A stretch of 64,000 bases of DNA from a virus. How positions within the stretch are numbered: position 1 is the stretch's first letter; each line of letters begins with the position of its first letter. The position numbers and the translations under genes are program-made. Positions 27,912-39,441 of the stretch are shown one piece after another. Below the pieces are notes generated by a model. The model was not told the origin of the DNA. It saw only the letters and a program-made list of their open reading frames with translations, and made no database searches. The stretch lies in IMG/VR virus record IMGVR_UViG_3300036770_008700, positions 32,001 through 96,000 of that record; one strand, written 5' to 3'.

Positions 27912-29138
27912 TTATGTTCCTACTCTTGGATCATCGTCATGCCACGGTTGAGATGCACGATATTCCTTATCGAATATACCTGATCCATATGGATTAACTG
28001 TGTAAGCTGCTGTAACATTTGTAGATTGATATATTGATGCTGTAAGATAGTTGTTGCTTTCGCCGGATAAAGCACTTCCAGAGATGAAGTTTATACCTCC
28101 ATCTGTATCCATTGGTCCACCGATTTCTTTGTTGTTATATGTTTTTGTGTATGGCCTACCTTCAAGCATGTCTCTTGGTTGACCATAATGGTTTTGACGA
28201 AACACACAAGAAAAGTTGGTTGGAACACCGTTGTACAACCCATACTTCCAGCCTTCACAGTCTACTGTATAAGAAAGTTGATAGGAATAGTTTTCATATG
28301 TACCAAGCGTTGAAGGCGCAGGAACAATTAAATCTACATAACTAGGCTTGATACCATAAACTAGTTTTCTGCCGAAATTATTCGTCATTGATCCGAAAAA
28401 TAAGCCATAGGAATATTCATGCCAATCTTCTGGGAACAAAGGGTCAGTATATCCAGGGTCATAGTAACCAGGAATGTCCAGAAGGAGATCTAAGCTTTTT
28501 GTATATGGCGAGACTGTATCAATATATGCACTTCCAACTATGATACTCCTTTTGTTGAATGAAATATTTTGATTAGCAACTGTTTGAAATATGTTCTCAA
28601 ATGAATAGTCTACTTCATAATAGTCAACTGTCAATTCGTATGTGTCACGATCAACACTTCTTGGTACGTAATTGTATTTCTTCTCAAACGGATATGAATT
28701 AATCCATTCATAATTGCTAACAACACCGCTATCACTTCCAGTAATAGCTGGAAAAGAGCTAGTTGCGAATAAAATCCACAAAAAATCTACACCGGCCCCA
28801 GCAAAGTCTCGATCTACAGCTGGTTTACCTGCGCCATATGTGCCTGTTGCATGCAAACTGATGACATCAGGAACAAAACTATCTTCTATTTGTTGTGTGC
28901 TGCTTGCGATTCGCAAGTATCGAACTTCGCCGGACTTATAGAAAGGATGTGTCCGCTGGTATACGAAATCGCTTGCAACAGTCGCAGCTTTAAATTCTTC
29001 CGAACCACTTACAACACTCCCAGAAACTGCTCTAAGCCATGTTGTATCACCCATTTTTGGTTTTGGTGGACCAACAAGAATATTATCTGAGTAGCTTTTA
29101 TAGTAAGAGAATCTATTTTCTACGTCGTAGATTGGCAT
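27912..29138 (-). CDS. putative structural protein
   Basis: In operon; FRQNHYGQPRDMLEGR block. Confidence 0.65.
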   Translation of the reverse strand: MPIYDVENRFSYYKSYSDNILVGPPKPKMGDTTWLRAVSGSVVSGSEEFKAATVASDFVYQRTHPFYKSGEVRYLRIASSTQQIEDSFVPDVISLHATGTYGAGKPAVDRDFAGAGVDFLWILFATSSFPAITGSDSGVVSNYEWINSYPFEKKYNYVPRSVDRDTYELTVDYYEVDYSFENIFQTVANQNISFNKRSIIVGSAYIDTVSPYTKSLDLLLDIPGYYDPGYTDPLFPEDWHEYSYGLFFGSMTNNFGRKLVYGIKPSYVDLIVPAPSTLGTYENYSYQLSYTVDCEGWKYGLYNGVPTNFSCVFRQNHYGQPRDMLEGRPYTKTYNNKEIGGPMDTDGGINFISGSALSGESNNYLTASIYQSTNVTAAYTVNPYGSGIFDKEYRASQPWHDDDPRVGT

Positions 29139-29146
29139 GATAGTAA

Positions 29147-31423
29147 CTATTCTCCAATCACTTCATGAACGCTGTTTGAAGAAAGAAGCTGATTTAATGT
29201 ATCATGATATTCTTCAAGTTGATTTGTTTCTGGATTAAGTCTTAATGTTGATCCGTAAAGAATGATTTTGTTGACACCAGTTGTGAGAAAACTTAAACTG
29301 TTACTGCTTATAGCATTATCATTATCCCAAGGTAGTTGAAATCCGAATGTGAGCTTATCTGTTGGTAGCAATATATAAGGATTGGGTTTTGTATATACGT
29401 TGTTGATTGCGATGGGATTATCATAGTTATTTATGAAATACGAGCCGTTGCCTATGATATTTGGTGAACTAAATGTGCTAACCCAATCCCGACCGTTCGC
29501 TGGTTCAATTTGATTTCTACCTGATAGATTAAGTGTTGGAATGACATATCTGCTGTTTGGGAACGAGATAGTAGAGCCAGAAAAAATATAAGCAACGCCT
29601 TCTTCAAAAGCTACAGAGGATTTAACAGAAGAACTCATTATCCACTGGCCATTAAAAAATGTTCCATTATCATTCGGAATTATAAGTTCTCTTTTTAAGT
29701 ATCCTGCACTGTCTCCAGAGGCTGAGAGAGCCATTTGAATGATATCAACCACATCATTTATGGTTGATGTTGTCAATGACGACGTAGTAAAAGTGGAAGG
29801 AGCACTGGAGCCACCAAATTGATACTGTATATTTTGAGGAAGAGAAGGCTTGTTTTGCAAATAAGGTCTTTGGTTTAAAAGAAAAAATGTCCAAATAGCT
29901 GGAGAAAACGGCGATTTACCTGGTAAATAGATTGAACTGCTTATTTCTAAGCATATTTTTTCCAACATGAATGGTTCAGACAAATAATCACTCATGTTTA
30001 TTTGCTGTGAACTGGTTGCTTGGAATTTTGGATGATATGGAAAACCAAAATTGCTGATCTGCCTACCATACAAATTGTATTGCTGCGGTAAACCCGATAC
30101 AACGCCACCATAATCAATCGAACTATGAAAACCAAAAGTTTGCTCATCTAAAGAATTCTTTAAACCGTTTAAATCTCCCGAGTAACTATCAATACCTTTC
30201 CCTGTTCCTATGCCCTCATAAAGCTTTGTGTTAGGATTCCAATATCCCATTGGATAACTTCCAACACTTGCGCTCTTGTAAAGAGTAAATGTTTGTTCTG
30301 CGGCTGGAGTTATATCAATCTCTATTCTATTCTTGCTCCAAAGAGGCTGTTGAAATCCTAAACCTGTTGTTTCAACCAAGCTACCTGTTGCAAAAAACTG
30401 ATAATTCGAACTTGTTACGTTCGATATTTTTGCATCAACTTCTGGATTTGCAAAGTCTTGAAAAGGTTCTATGTCTTGTCCTGGTGTAAACGTAACAAAC
30501 GTATCAGATACGTCTTTCTTCATACTCCCAGAAGCTACAATAGGTCGATTAAAGATCTCAGAACCAGAGAAGTATGGCTGTTTGTATAAGTCATTCTTAG
30601 CTTCTTCTGATAGTCCTGCATCAATAGCTTGAGGAGTCATAACAAGGGGATAAACAATACCCTTTACATCAACACTTGCAGTTGTTGGACCAAAACCCAT
30701 GTACTGCAAAGTTATAATGCCATTTACAGTTGAACTGCCAGTAACTTGAATTGATGTGTTTGTACTACCACTTAAACTAGAAGATATATCAGCTAGATTA
30801 CTGTTCGTCGAATCATAAAACGTCACATAATTGTTTGTTGGTATCGTTCCAAAATCTGAAAACGTAACGTATGCGTTATTGGTATCTTTAAATTGAACAT
30901 TTTGATTAACGACCAATGAGTATTGGTCGGTATATCTTGGAGAACGAAGTACGTTTACCGGTGTTCCTGCGGTTGACTGATAAATCGCACGATATGCAAA
31001 GGTTCCTTCGAACGGTGCAGAAAAATTAACGTATGACCCAGTAACAGTTTGATCCTTTATGAAAGCATTTACAGTTGGTGTGTTAGGATTGCTTGTTAAT
31101 TCTGTGATAACAACTGTGGGTAAACCAACAAAAGGATTGTCAAAAACAATACTATAAGACGAGGATGGATATCCCAGAGAACCAACAGTTACAACCTTCT
31201 CTTCATAGTCTGGATAAGTTGTAACAAAAATTCCAGCATCTGTAACAGGTTGATTGAATCGTATAACCTTGTCATCATTAAAGAAAACAGGATAACGACC
31301 TGTACGGTTATCACTTGATGTTCTCCATACTGTTGGAAAGCTACCTGTTGCATCTTGTCTTTGTGACAATAATACTTTGGAAGGTAATCCTCTCGCTCTT
31401 GTTCCTTTAAGAGTTCTTGCCAT
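29147..31423 (-). CDS. putative structural protein
   Basis: 758 aa, S/T/G-rich, in operon. Confidence 0.7.
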   Translation of the reverse strand: MARTLKGTRARGLPSKVLLSQRQDATGSFPTVWRTSSDNRTGRYPVFFNDDKVIRFNQPVTDAGIFVTTYPDYEEKVVTVGSLGYPSSSYSIVFDNPFVGLPTVVITELTSNPNTPTVNAFIKDQTVTGSYVNFSAPFEGTFAYRAIYQSTAGTPVNVLRSPRYTDQYSLVVNQNVQFKDTNNAYVTFSDFGTIPTNNYVTFYDSTNSNLADISSSLSGSTNTSIQVTGSSTVNGIITLQYMGFGPTTASVDVKGIVYPLVMTPQAIDAGLSEEAKNDLYKQPYFSGSEIFNRPIVASGSMKKDVSDTFVTFTPGQDIEPFQDFANPEVDAKISNVTSSNYQFFATGSLVETTGLGFQQPLWSKNRIEIDITPAAEQTFTLYKSASVGSYPMGYWNPNTKLYEGIGTGKGIDSYSGDLNGLKNSLDEQTFGFHSSIDYGGVVSGLPQQYNLYGRQISNFGFPYHPKFQATSSQQINMSDYLSEPFMLEKICLEISSSIYLPGKSPFSPAIWTFFLLNQRPYLQNKPSLPQNIQYQFGGSSAPSTFTTSSLTTSTINDVVDIIQMALSASGDSAGYLKRELIIPNDNGTFFNGQWIMSSSVKSSVAFEEGVAYIFSGSTISFPNSRYVIPTLNLSGRNQIEPANGRDWVSTFSSPNIIGNGSYFINNYDNPIAINNVYTKPNPYILLPTDKLTFGFQLPWDNDNAISSNSLSFLTTGVNKIILYGSTLRLNPETNQLEEYHDTLNQLLSSNSVHEVIGE

Positions 31424-31431
31424 GTTGTTAG

Positions 31432-32469
31432 TTATGCTCCACGATAATATCCACCAAATGCAACAGAATCCGTGCCATACAAAGCAACGTTACCATATGT
31501 GAATCCTGCTGTTGCACTTTTTTGATCTCTGGTTTGTAAGTTTGAATCACTTAAGCTATAATTTTCACTAAAAAATGGTTGTATAATGGAACCAACAACT
31601 TCACCGCTTAAATTAACAACACTGGAAGTAACTTGAACACTCAATAAATCGGTTGTGTTTGTTAGTTCTGGAAAGAATGCACCATTAGGTTGATCAACCC
31701 AAGGTTCCATTTTTGGCTGAACTGTTTGATCCATAACGGCGTTAGGTCTTGTATCAATCACTCCAACAACACTGCCATTGCTAGCTGTAACAAGTATGTA
31801 TCCAGCACCATATTCCAAAAACGAACGAACCATTTTAGGTTCTTCACGATAAACCATTTGCTCAACAATATCGGTACCGAATCTACGTTCATCACCAACG
31901 TTACCAGCTTCTAGAAAAGCATAGACACCACGGATTTGCTCTTGTGGACTTTCGTTGGTTGCAAGACGAAAAGGCATAGGAAACGGTTCTATAATCGATT
32001 CCTCATAAAACTGTGGGCCACCATTCATGTAAATCGGATAAACATCATCTGCGTTCAAATAACCTTCAACAATAAGTCCAGATTCAATCAAGTAGTTTGT
32101 TGTTTTACTTATTCTTTTTCCATCAACCAATATAGTTCCGTCAACACCAACATGTGAATCGTTGAATATGGTATTGGAAGTGTATTGGATATAGTCTCCA
32201 GCTTGACCATATGTGATAAATGCAGACTGATGAGTTAACTCACCATTTGGCTTAACTTCATGGTCTTGTGTTCCATCTTCAAATATAGCCTTGATTTGAT
32301 TAGAGCTGTATATGTCTTGTATTGTTCGTAGGTTGACGCCTTCACGATATATGTCGATTTCTTTGGTTGGCATTCCTCCAGACACAACAAGGTTACGATT
32401 GGTTTTACCGTAATAGTTTGCTATGTCAAAAAACGGTTTAAAAGATGTATCGTTAACCCAGTATGGCAT
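31432..32469 (-). CDS. putative structural protein
   Basis: 345 aa, in operon. Confidence 0.65.
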   Translation of the reverse strand: MPYWVNDTSFKPFFDIANYYGKTNRNLVVSGGMPTKEIDIYREGVNLRTIQDIYSSNQIKAIFEDGTQDHEVKPNGELTHQSAFITYGQAGDYIQYTSNTIFNDSHVGVDGTILVDGKRISKTTNYLIESGLIVEGYLNADDVYPIYMNGGPQFYEESIIEPFPMPFRLATNESPQEQIRGVYAFLEAGNVGDERRFGTDIVEQMVYREEPKMVRSFLEYGAGYILVTASNGSVVGVIDTRPNAVMDQTVQPKMEPWVDQPNGAFFPELTNTTDLLSVQVTSSVVNLSGEVVGSIIQPFFSENYSLSDSNLQTRDQKSATAGFTYGNVALYGTDSVAFGGYYRGA

Positions 32470-32481
32470 GGTTGGTTATCC

Positions 32482-35400
32482 TTAGTATTTCTTAAGTACA
32501 CCAGTGAAAAGTTGCAGCAAAAGAACTTCTTTTTGACGGTTTCTATTGTTTTCTCCAAGATAGATATCCTCAAAGTGATATTCAAGCTTTGGACGTTCGA
32601 GCATGTGAGATTGAATCACATAGTTGATACCTTGAAACTTTGTTTTTCTTGGTAACAACTGTGCAATAAATCTACCCATGTTTGTGTTAAACCATTGATA
32701 AAAATCAAAGAAACCACGAACATTCAACTTGTCTGTTAAACGGTTGAAATATATGTCTCTTAAGGATTCTAAATCTGGATAATCTGGAGAAAACATCATG
32801 TTGGGGTCACCAAGTATGTTGTTAAACACCTCAAGAGAAGAAAACATTCCAATCATGTCTTGGTTAAGAGAATCAACAATAGAGAAATCAATGCTGAACT
32901 TTGCATTGTCTTGTGGGATTTGTTCTTGTTGAATTTCGTACACTGGAGCCATTTGAGAGTACATTCCAACGTCTTGGTCTACGAAGTCCAAGCTTTGATA
33001 GCTTCTTACACGAACCTTTTGATCGGTAACAGCTTCGTCAAAGTTTGGTGAGATAAACGAGTAATAAAAACGTTCGGGAACAATTACGTCTTTAGAGTTT
33101 GGAAACAATGTACCAGTAGCATGTAGCTCATGCTGAGAGAAATCAAATATTTGAATCCCGCCTGTTACATCAGTTTTTAGCTCGATTTGATCGGTATTCC
33201 AATCAGCTCTTAGTTTCTCAAATGAACCGCTTCTAAAGTTTTCGAAGTTAAAGTTAACTCTTGGGTCTTCAACACCAAGAGACTTGTAATCTCTAACGTG
33301 TTCTCTCCATTCATCTAGTGTTAAAGCTTTGCTCCACCAACGTAGCTGTGTAACTTTACCATCAAACGTTTGAAGTGAGTTTTCATTAACAAAATCTGTG
33401 GTTGTTGCAATTGTTGTGCTACCACTACCAATAGCTAAAAATGAACCTGATGTGTTGTATGTTGCACTGCGAACTTGCCATAAGTTGTTTGCTGAGTTTG
33501 TTCCAAAGTTATCATCAAACAAAGAACTGGTAACATATTCTTCAACAATACTTCCAAGGTTATTTCTACCAATGCGAAGAAAGTATGAAGAAGAAACTTG
33601 GCTTATGGAGTCTCCACGTTCTCTACCAAAGCTGATGTTCCAAGCTTGACCACTCAATATGTCTGGTGTTGTTATGCTCATGGTAAGAGCGGTTGCACCA
33701 ATCGTAGAGTTTGGACGAACATATAACGTTACACCAGAACCACTTGTAGCATACAAGTTAGCTAACACGTTTTCTGTATTCCCAGAACCAGAACTCACAA
33801 TGCGTACAAGACTTTGAATAGAAGATGTACTAGGCAAACCAGCGTAGTTGTATATGCCTTCGTATGTCCATGAACCACTGGTAAATAAACCATCGTTAAC
33901 GTCTGTGGTATCTATATTATGACCTGTAGTTGGATCTACAACGAACGTTCCCACAGGTGTTGGATAGCCTGGTTCTACTCTACTTCCAGAAAGATAAGGA
34001 GACTTAAAGTAACCACCGCTAACAAAGCTTAACGCTGTACCTATTTCATTTCTTGACTCTCTTAAAGAATCAAGAGTGCGTTGTGTTGGCCCACCATATT
34101 CCTTAAATCTAAAGATGTTGTCACCATCAATGCCAACAGCACGTAACAAAGCTTTAATACTGTGAATGGTACCTTTGCTTTTAAGAATATCGTTAGCGTT
34201 AATCAATATTCTGCGCCAGATTTGGTTTTGAAGGTATTGAAGAGTGTATTCGCTGTTAACAATGTTTGGTGTTACGTTGTTACCATTAACAAACTGACTA
34301 ACATCTGAACCAATAAACAAAGGTGGAAGATCCAAACCATAAAAGTCAGCAAGTTGTTTTAGGAATGCATCTGGCACTGTATCATATTGATCGTAATCAA
34401 CATGTCTTATTGTTGAAAAGGCATCAAGAAACAACTTGATTTCATCAAAAAAGCTTGCCCACATATAAAGCAAGCTTAGTAAAGTTTGTGTACTACCAAG
34501 AGCTACTGTGTTTGGTTCTGAACCATATTGCAGCTCATTGATTTGACCTTCTTCGGAGTCTAGTGCAGCTTGTTCTTGTCCGTATGTAAAGTATTGTTTT
34601 GGTACAAGTTTAGTAATAATGTTTGGATTAAAAGAGTCGTATGAAGCTCCGTCAGATATAAGGTTTTCACGGTATGTTATGACTTCTGGTTGATCTGGAA
34701 ACAATATCGGGCACATTCTTATATCTTCGTAAATCATTGGGCTGGAGCCCATGTAAGAACCAGTGTTAATGTTTCTTACCTTAAGAGTGTTTAATGCATA
34801 GCTGTTTAGGGTACCATGCATACCTTTACCAGAGTGATCCAACACAAGGTTGCTTGCTGATCCACTAGGCTCATTAAACTTAAAGTAAAGAGCTAAATCT
34901 GGTTCAGCATATATGCTGCTGCTTTGGTATGATATCATTTCATTTGTTGAAACAATTCGTTTAAAGTAACGCAGTTCATCCAAAGCACCAGAAAAGGTTG
35001 TTTCTGGGACAAATAGTGGAGAAGTTATGTTGCTACCGGTACCTACGAACAAGCTTGCTGTTGCAAAGTTCAAGCTTTTTATTGTTACTTGGCTACTTGT
35101 TGCAACCAATGAACCGCTAACATAGCCGTATAACTGGTTGACTCCACTTGTACGATCCCAAGTAAACGTAACAGGTGTCCAATTGCCTTTAACAAGGCTT
35201 ATAGAGGCCGACATTACATCTGTTGACCCAGACACCACAAAGAAAGTTAAGGGCGCTGTAGCCCCCGTAGAACTCGATAGAAAGCATCCAAAGCCATGCT
35301 GTTCGGTTCCTGTTACTGTGTTAAGTTTTTGAAATACTATTTGGTTGGTGTTTGAGCCTGTAGCAGCATAGATTTGAAACTGAAAGCTTATTGAACTGCT

Positions 35401-35937
35401 TGTTGGATCAAGCCTGCTAGCACCGTTTGGATTCTTGGTGAGAAATGGAAACGTTGTTCCAGCAGAATCTTTTACTGTAATCCAAGTTCCTTTTGTTGTT
35501 GTATCACCAACGTTGCTACCAGAAAAAAAGAGATAACCCTTGTTTTTTGGCATGTTGTCGTAAACATAACGTTCAAAACCTGTCATTTGGTCAAAAAACA
35601 ATTCGGTTTCTTTTTTGGTTCCATCAAAAGGATATCTATCAAAGATTTTGTTAAACGCTGAGTTAACTTTTACTTGAGCACTGTTGAAAAACACATGGTT
35701 TTCAAACAAACTCCAATCAACATTTAACTGTTGAGTGCTTTTGATACCAGAACCAATAGGATCATAACGAAAACTACCTGTTTCTGCAACAGGTGCATTT
35801 GCTAAAAACTCTGCGTTTTCTGTTGAAAACGATGTTAAACCACCATCTGGATTTGTTATTCCACGAACAAGCGTTGGACTAAAAACCCCTGGTCTAACAC
35901 GAACCAGTCTTTGAGTTGGTGACAATAATGTTGTCAT
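32482..35937 (-). CDS. baseplate wedge protein (T4 gp7 / P2 gpI-like core) with LamG domains
   Basis: LKQLADFYG..ILKSKGTIHSIKALLRAVG core; FSGALDELRYF and FDGKVTQLRWW LamG motifs. Confidence 0.75.
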   Translation of the reverse strand: MTTLLSPTQRLVRVRPGVFSPTLVRGITNPDGGLTSFSTENAEFLANAPVAETGSFRYDPIGSGIKSTQQLNVDWSLFENHVFFNSAQVKVNSAFNKIFDRYPFDGTKKETELFFDQMTGFERYVYDNMPKNKGYLFFSGSNVGDTTTKGTWITVKDSAGTTFPFLTKNPNGASRLDPTSSSISFQFQIYAATGSNTNQIVFQKLNTVTGTEQHGFGCFLSSSTGATAPLTFFVVSGSTDVMSASISLVKGNWTPVTFTWDRTSGVNQLYGYVSGSLVATSSQVTIKSLNFATASLFVGTGSNITSPLFVPETTFSGALDELRYFKRIVSTNEMISYQSSSIYAEPDLALYFKFNEPSGSASNLVLDHSGKGMHGTLNSYALNTLKVRNINTGSYMGSSPMIYEDIRMCPILFPDQPEVITYRENLISDGASYDSFNPNIITKLVPKQYFTYGQEQAALDSEEGQINELQYGSEPNTVALGSTQTLLSLLYMWASFFDEIKLFLDAFSTIRHVDYDQYDTVPDAFLKQLADFYGLDLPPLFIGSDVSQFVNGNNVTPNIVNSEYTLQYLQNQIWRRILINANDILKSKGTIHSIKALLRAVGIDGDNIFRFKEYGGPTQRTLDSLRESRNEIGTALSFVSGGYFKSPYLSGSRVEPGYPTPVGTFVVDPTTGHNIDTTDVNDGLFTSGSWTYEGIYNYAGLPSTSSIQSLVRIVSSGSGNTENVLANLYATSGSGVTLYVRPNSTIGATALTMSITTPDILSGQAWNISFGRERGDSISQVSSSYFLRIGRNNLGSIVEEYVTSSLFDDNFGTNSANNLWQVRSATYNTSGSFLAIGSGSTTIATTTDFVNENSLQTFDGKVTQLRWWSKALTLDEWREHVRDYKSLGVEDPRVNFNFENFRSGSFEKLRADWNTDQIELKTDVTGGIQIFDFSQHELHATGTLFPNSKDVIVPERFYYSFISPNFDEAVTDQKVRVRSYQSLDFVDQDVGMYSQMAPVYEIQQEQIPQDNAKFSIDFSIVDSLNQDMIGMFSSLEVFNNILGDPNMMFSPDYPDLESLRDIYFNRLTDKLNVRGFFDFYQWFNTNMGRFIAQLLPRKTKFQGINYVIQSHMLERPKLEYHFEDIYLGENNRNRQKEVLLLQLFTGVLKKY

Positions 35938-37529
35938 GCTGTTACAACCTTAAACTTAAAACCTTGATTTTCAATCAAGTAACTTTCATTGTTTTCTTTG
36001 ATTAAGAACTGTATTTCTAAAGGTTTGTTGATTGGAAGGTCTTGCATGTACAAAGTAAAGTACATACCACCACCATCAGCCGACAACTTTGTACCAACAT
36101 CATCAAATGGAATCAATATTTCCTTTGTAAATGGATCAATTAATCTCCAATACATTTTCTTAAACACTTTTGGTTTAGCGTTATATGGCAAGTAAAAGCT
36201 TTGAAGTGTTGGATCAAAGTCATACACAAAAACTTGAAGAGTTGTTGGTGCCGTGTTGATATAAGTTTCTTCAAGGTTGGTGATGTTAATACCATAGTTT
36301 TGTGTGTTCACAATGGTCTTGTTACCTTGAAGCGCTCTTAGAGTTATACTTGACCCTGTAGCGAATATAACAGTATTATCCAGCGACTTCCAAACAGATT
36401 TAAACTCTACGGAGTTGTCTGATCGTAACACCCCAGATAATCCTGCTATATTCAAAGGAATAAACACATCAGCATAATAACTTCCGGTTTGATATAAACC
36501 ACCGAAACTTATTTGAGAACCAGTAAAGCTTTGAGAAAAATAGTTCCAACTTGCTGAAGTGTAACTTATCGACATTGAATGACTGAAACTGTATGTTGTT
36601 GCTGTAACATACACACTCTTAGATGCAATAAGCTCAAGCTGAATGCTTCCAGAACCAGATACCTCAGTGCTGCCAGACATAAAGTTTGATTCAACACCAA
36701 ATGGCGAATAATAGTAGCCTATTTTGTTTGGATAATCAAAAAACGATTGAACTTGGTTGTCGAAAAAGCTATCGTTGTATTTTACCACAAGTGCTGGATG
36801 TATATTCGTGTTTCTACTTTGTCTTGAGGAAAAACGTTTAACAAATCGTGTAACTGTGTCTGTTTCTTGTGAACCAGAATAAGCTATACGAAAACCATAA
36901 TCAGGTATTTCTCCTGTTATTGCAGCAGAAACTGCTGCTGTAACGTCAATAAAAAGGTCTTCGTCCCCTCTTGGAAAGCTTTGAGAGAATGATAGTGGAA
37001 CATAACCAAGAATAGAAGAACCAGATAGATAATAGTCAGCATTAACGTCTGATGTGTCTCCAGCATATGTTATTCCACCACTTGTCCATGTGGTTATGTT
37101 TGCACCATCAATAGAAGCTGTAAACCAGTTAACTGCATCTAAATCACGGTATCCAATAACGTCGTTACCTCTTCCTTCAGTAAAATCTTTTCCAAGAGGA
37201 TTAACAACAAGCACAAAGTTTGATGGAACTGTTTGTCCACCATAAACGTTTTTCATGGACAAATAAGCTTTAAAACTTGGGTCTGTAACATCTAACAAAG
37301 AACTTGTAAGAGCTTTAAGGGTAGTTAAATCAAAGTGAATAACACCACGACTTATCTCTATTCCAGATGTTCCACTAGCAACAGGAGTTACGTTGTACAA
37401 CTTGAATAAATCAATTGTTCCAGCTTGACCTACATTAGCATCAGTACTGCGGGACAAAGCTGTTTTGCTGCTGAAAATAAGCTTGTTAGTAACGTAACTG
37501 TCTTTGTCAGCTTTAAGAATGCGATACAT
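35934..37529 (-). CDS. baseplate-associated structural protein
   Basis: Between the gp6- and gp7-like genes; ADKDSYV..IHFDL..PDYGFRI..FSSRQ..PALVVKY beta-sandwich pattern. Confidence 0.7.
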   Translation of the reverse strand: MYRILKADKDSYVTNKLIFSSKTALSRSTDANVGQAGTIDLFKLYNVTPVASGTSGIEISRGVIHFDLTTLKALTSSLLDVTDPSFKAYLSMKNVYGGQTVPSNFVLVVNPLGKDFTEGRGNDVIGYRDLDAVNWFTASIDGANITTWTSGGITYAGDTSDVNADYYLSGSSILGYVPLSFSQSFPRGDEDLFIDVTAAVSAAITGEIPDYGFRIAYSGSQETDTVTRFVKRFSSRQSRNTNIHPALVVKYNDSFFDNQVQSFFDYPNKIGYYYSPFGVESNFMSGSTEVSGSGSIQLELIASKSVYVTATTYSFSHSMSISYTSASWNYFSQSFTGSQISFGGLYQTGSYYADVFIPLNIAGLSGVLRSDNSVEFKSVWKSLDNTVIFATGSSITLRALQGNKTIVNTQNYGINITNLEETYINTAPTTLQVFVYDFDPTLQSFYLPYNAKPKVFKKMYWRLIDPFTKEILIPFDDVGTKLSADGGGMYFTLYMQDLPINKPLEIQFLIKENNESYLIENQGFKFKVVTA

Positions 37530-37537
37530 GGTGTCTC

Positions 37538-39403
37538 CTAAGCAGCTGTGCGACCTATCAGATCGAAGTTAACATATTTGATTTCAAACATGCCTCCAGG
37601 TGGAGGAATAAGAATAGAGTTGTTGATTAAGTTGGTTGTAATATCGTATCTAACGCTGCTATAAACTCTGTCACCAACTGTTCCAGTAACATTAGTTGCA
37701 GTTATACCTCTAACACCCAAAACACCAACGTTGTTGTAAACAATGTTTCTTACGTCGTCAAGAATTAAAGGTTGATCCATTTGATAGTTTCCAACATCGA
37801 AATAGTCTACCAATTTTGCTTGCACGTTTTGCAATACTTGTTGACGGTTAAACGTTGGGTCAACTGTTATGTCATAGTTGATTTGCAGGTTGATGATTCT
37901 ACCATCCAGAATGTCAATAGCATCTGAAATCATACGATATTGATTGAGATAAACTTGCAAGTTCTTTTTAAGAAGGTCTGGGGCAAGGATAAGTTGATTT
38001 AAGTCATTTCGGCAAAGAACGTAAAGCAATGCACTGTTTGGGTTGTCGGGATTGTTTTTTATACTAGCACGATAAACACGGCCAAAGTTTGCTGGCAGCG
38101 AGTATATTCTTGCCATTAAATCTTCTTTGCTTACAATACGGCTTTGTGCTGCTCTGGCTGAAGGTATTTGTAAGCGCAGTTCATCTAGAGTTGGAGGGTC
38201 TGCACCACCAGCACCAGGAGCATTATTGTTTGCATCGGCTGAAGCACGTACATCGCTGGCTACTGTGGAGGTTGGTCCGTTTGGAAACTCTGTAATCAGC
38301 GTTGCTATCTCTGTTATACTTTGATTTGGAACGTTGTGATTTAAACCACCACCAGCACGATATGTTACATAAACAACTACATCTGGAGCTATAGCACCTA
38401 GCGTAGATGTTCTTAACAAGTTGTTTGGGTCGATAGTAAATCTGGAAAAGTTCTTACGACCATACAAAGGCAAAGCTGCTTCGGATGGATCGGGCACAAG
38501 GTCATCATTCATTGTTTGACCAGAACCACCACCGAATGTTAAAGTTGTTAGTCTTGTTGCTAAAGAAGTTGTTTTATAGAATCTAAACGGAGCAGGTTGA
38601 ATTTCTAGGTTAGCTTCCACGTATTGTTCTGTTGGTGGTGATGCAGAAGCTGGATTTCGATTCTGAACAAGTTTAAAAACTGTATCTTGCGTTAGATACT
38701 CTACTTCGTAGTAATTGTTGCCATCACTATCAACAACAGAGATAATATCGGTTACGTCTCTGTTTTGCAGCGTATAACGTTTAAACTGTTCGAAACCATT
38801 AACTGTAAATGATTCGTTGTACGTAATGTTACTTAAACAGTTTCCAGTTGCTGAGAAAATGTAGTTTGCTGGATTGTTGTTGTTATCAACATCACCAACT
38901 GTGTATGTGATATTGTTTGCTGGTTCTCCATTGCTTTTCGTAACGGTGAAATTAACATCTTCAATTAGTTGAAACTGTATTGCACGATTTGAGTTAACAA
39001 CTGTTCCTTGTTTAACAACAGGTAAAGCAGTTGTGTCAAATTTTCCTTGTGAATTAACTGGAATACGAAAGTAAAAAGTAACAGGAAGAACGGCTGGTGC
39101 AGCTCCAACAATCTGCACCCCAGCTTCTCTTAGTAGCTTTTCTAGGTTCTTTGATTCAACAGCTGTTTCGGCATTTAGCTCACCAAACTGATGGTCCAAA
39201 TAAAAGCTTTGAACGTCACCAACATATGATGCCAGTTCTAGCAGCAAGCCTCCAAAGCCGTTTGCAGAAAAGTCTTGCAAGCGATCTGGAAAGAATGTTC
39301 GTGCGTATTCTTCTAAGTCGTTTCTGAAAGCATCAAAGTCTTTGTTAAGATACTTCCTTGCTTTAACGATTTGGTTTACTGTTCGTCTGGAATCAACCGG
39401 CAT
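37538..39403 (-). CDS. baseplate wedge subunit (T4 gp6 / baseplate J-like)
   Basis: YLNKDFDAFRNDL, LLELASYVGD..SFYLD, GGADPPTLDELR, AQSRIVSKEDL. Confidence 0.9.
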   Translation of the reverse strand: MPVDSRRTVNQIVKARKYLNKDFDAFRNDLEEYARTFFPDRLQDFSANGFGGLLLELASYVGDVQSFYLDHQFGELNAETAVESKNLEKLLREAGVQIVGAAPAVLPVTFYFRIPVNSQGKFDTTALPVVKQGTVVNSNRAIQFQLIEDVNFTVTKSNGEPANNITYTVGDVDNNNNPANYIFSATGNCLSNITYNESFTVNGFEQFKRYTLQNRDVTDIISVVDSDGNNYYEVEYLTQDTVFKLVQNRNPASASPPTEQYVEANLEIQPAPFRFYKTTSLATRLTTLTFGGGSGQTMNDDLVPDPSEAALPLYGRKNFSRFTIDPNNLLRTSTLGAIAPDVVVYVTYRAGGGLNHNVPNQSITEIATLITEFPNGPTSTVASDVRASADANNNAPGAGGADPPTLDELRLQIPSARAAQSRIVSKEDLMARIYSLPANFGRVYRASIKNNPDNPNSALLYVLCRNDLNQLILAPDLLKKNLQVYLNQYRMISDAIDILDGRIINLQINYDITVDPTFNRQQVLQNVQAKLVDYFDVGNYQMDQPLILDDVRNIVYNNVGVLGVRGITATNVTGTVGDRVYSSVRYDITTNLINNSILIPPPGGMFEIKYVNFDLIGRTAA

Positions 39404-39441
39404 CGTGTTTCACCTTATGTTAGATATAGTTCAGCAATATT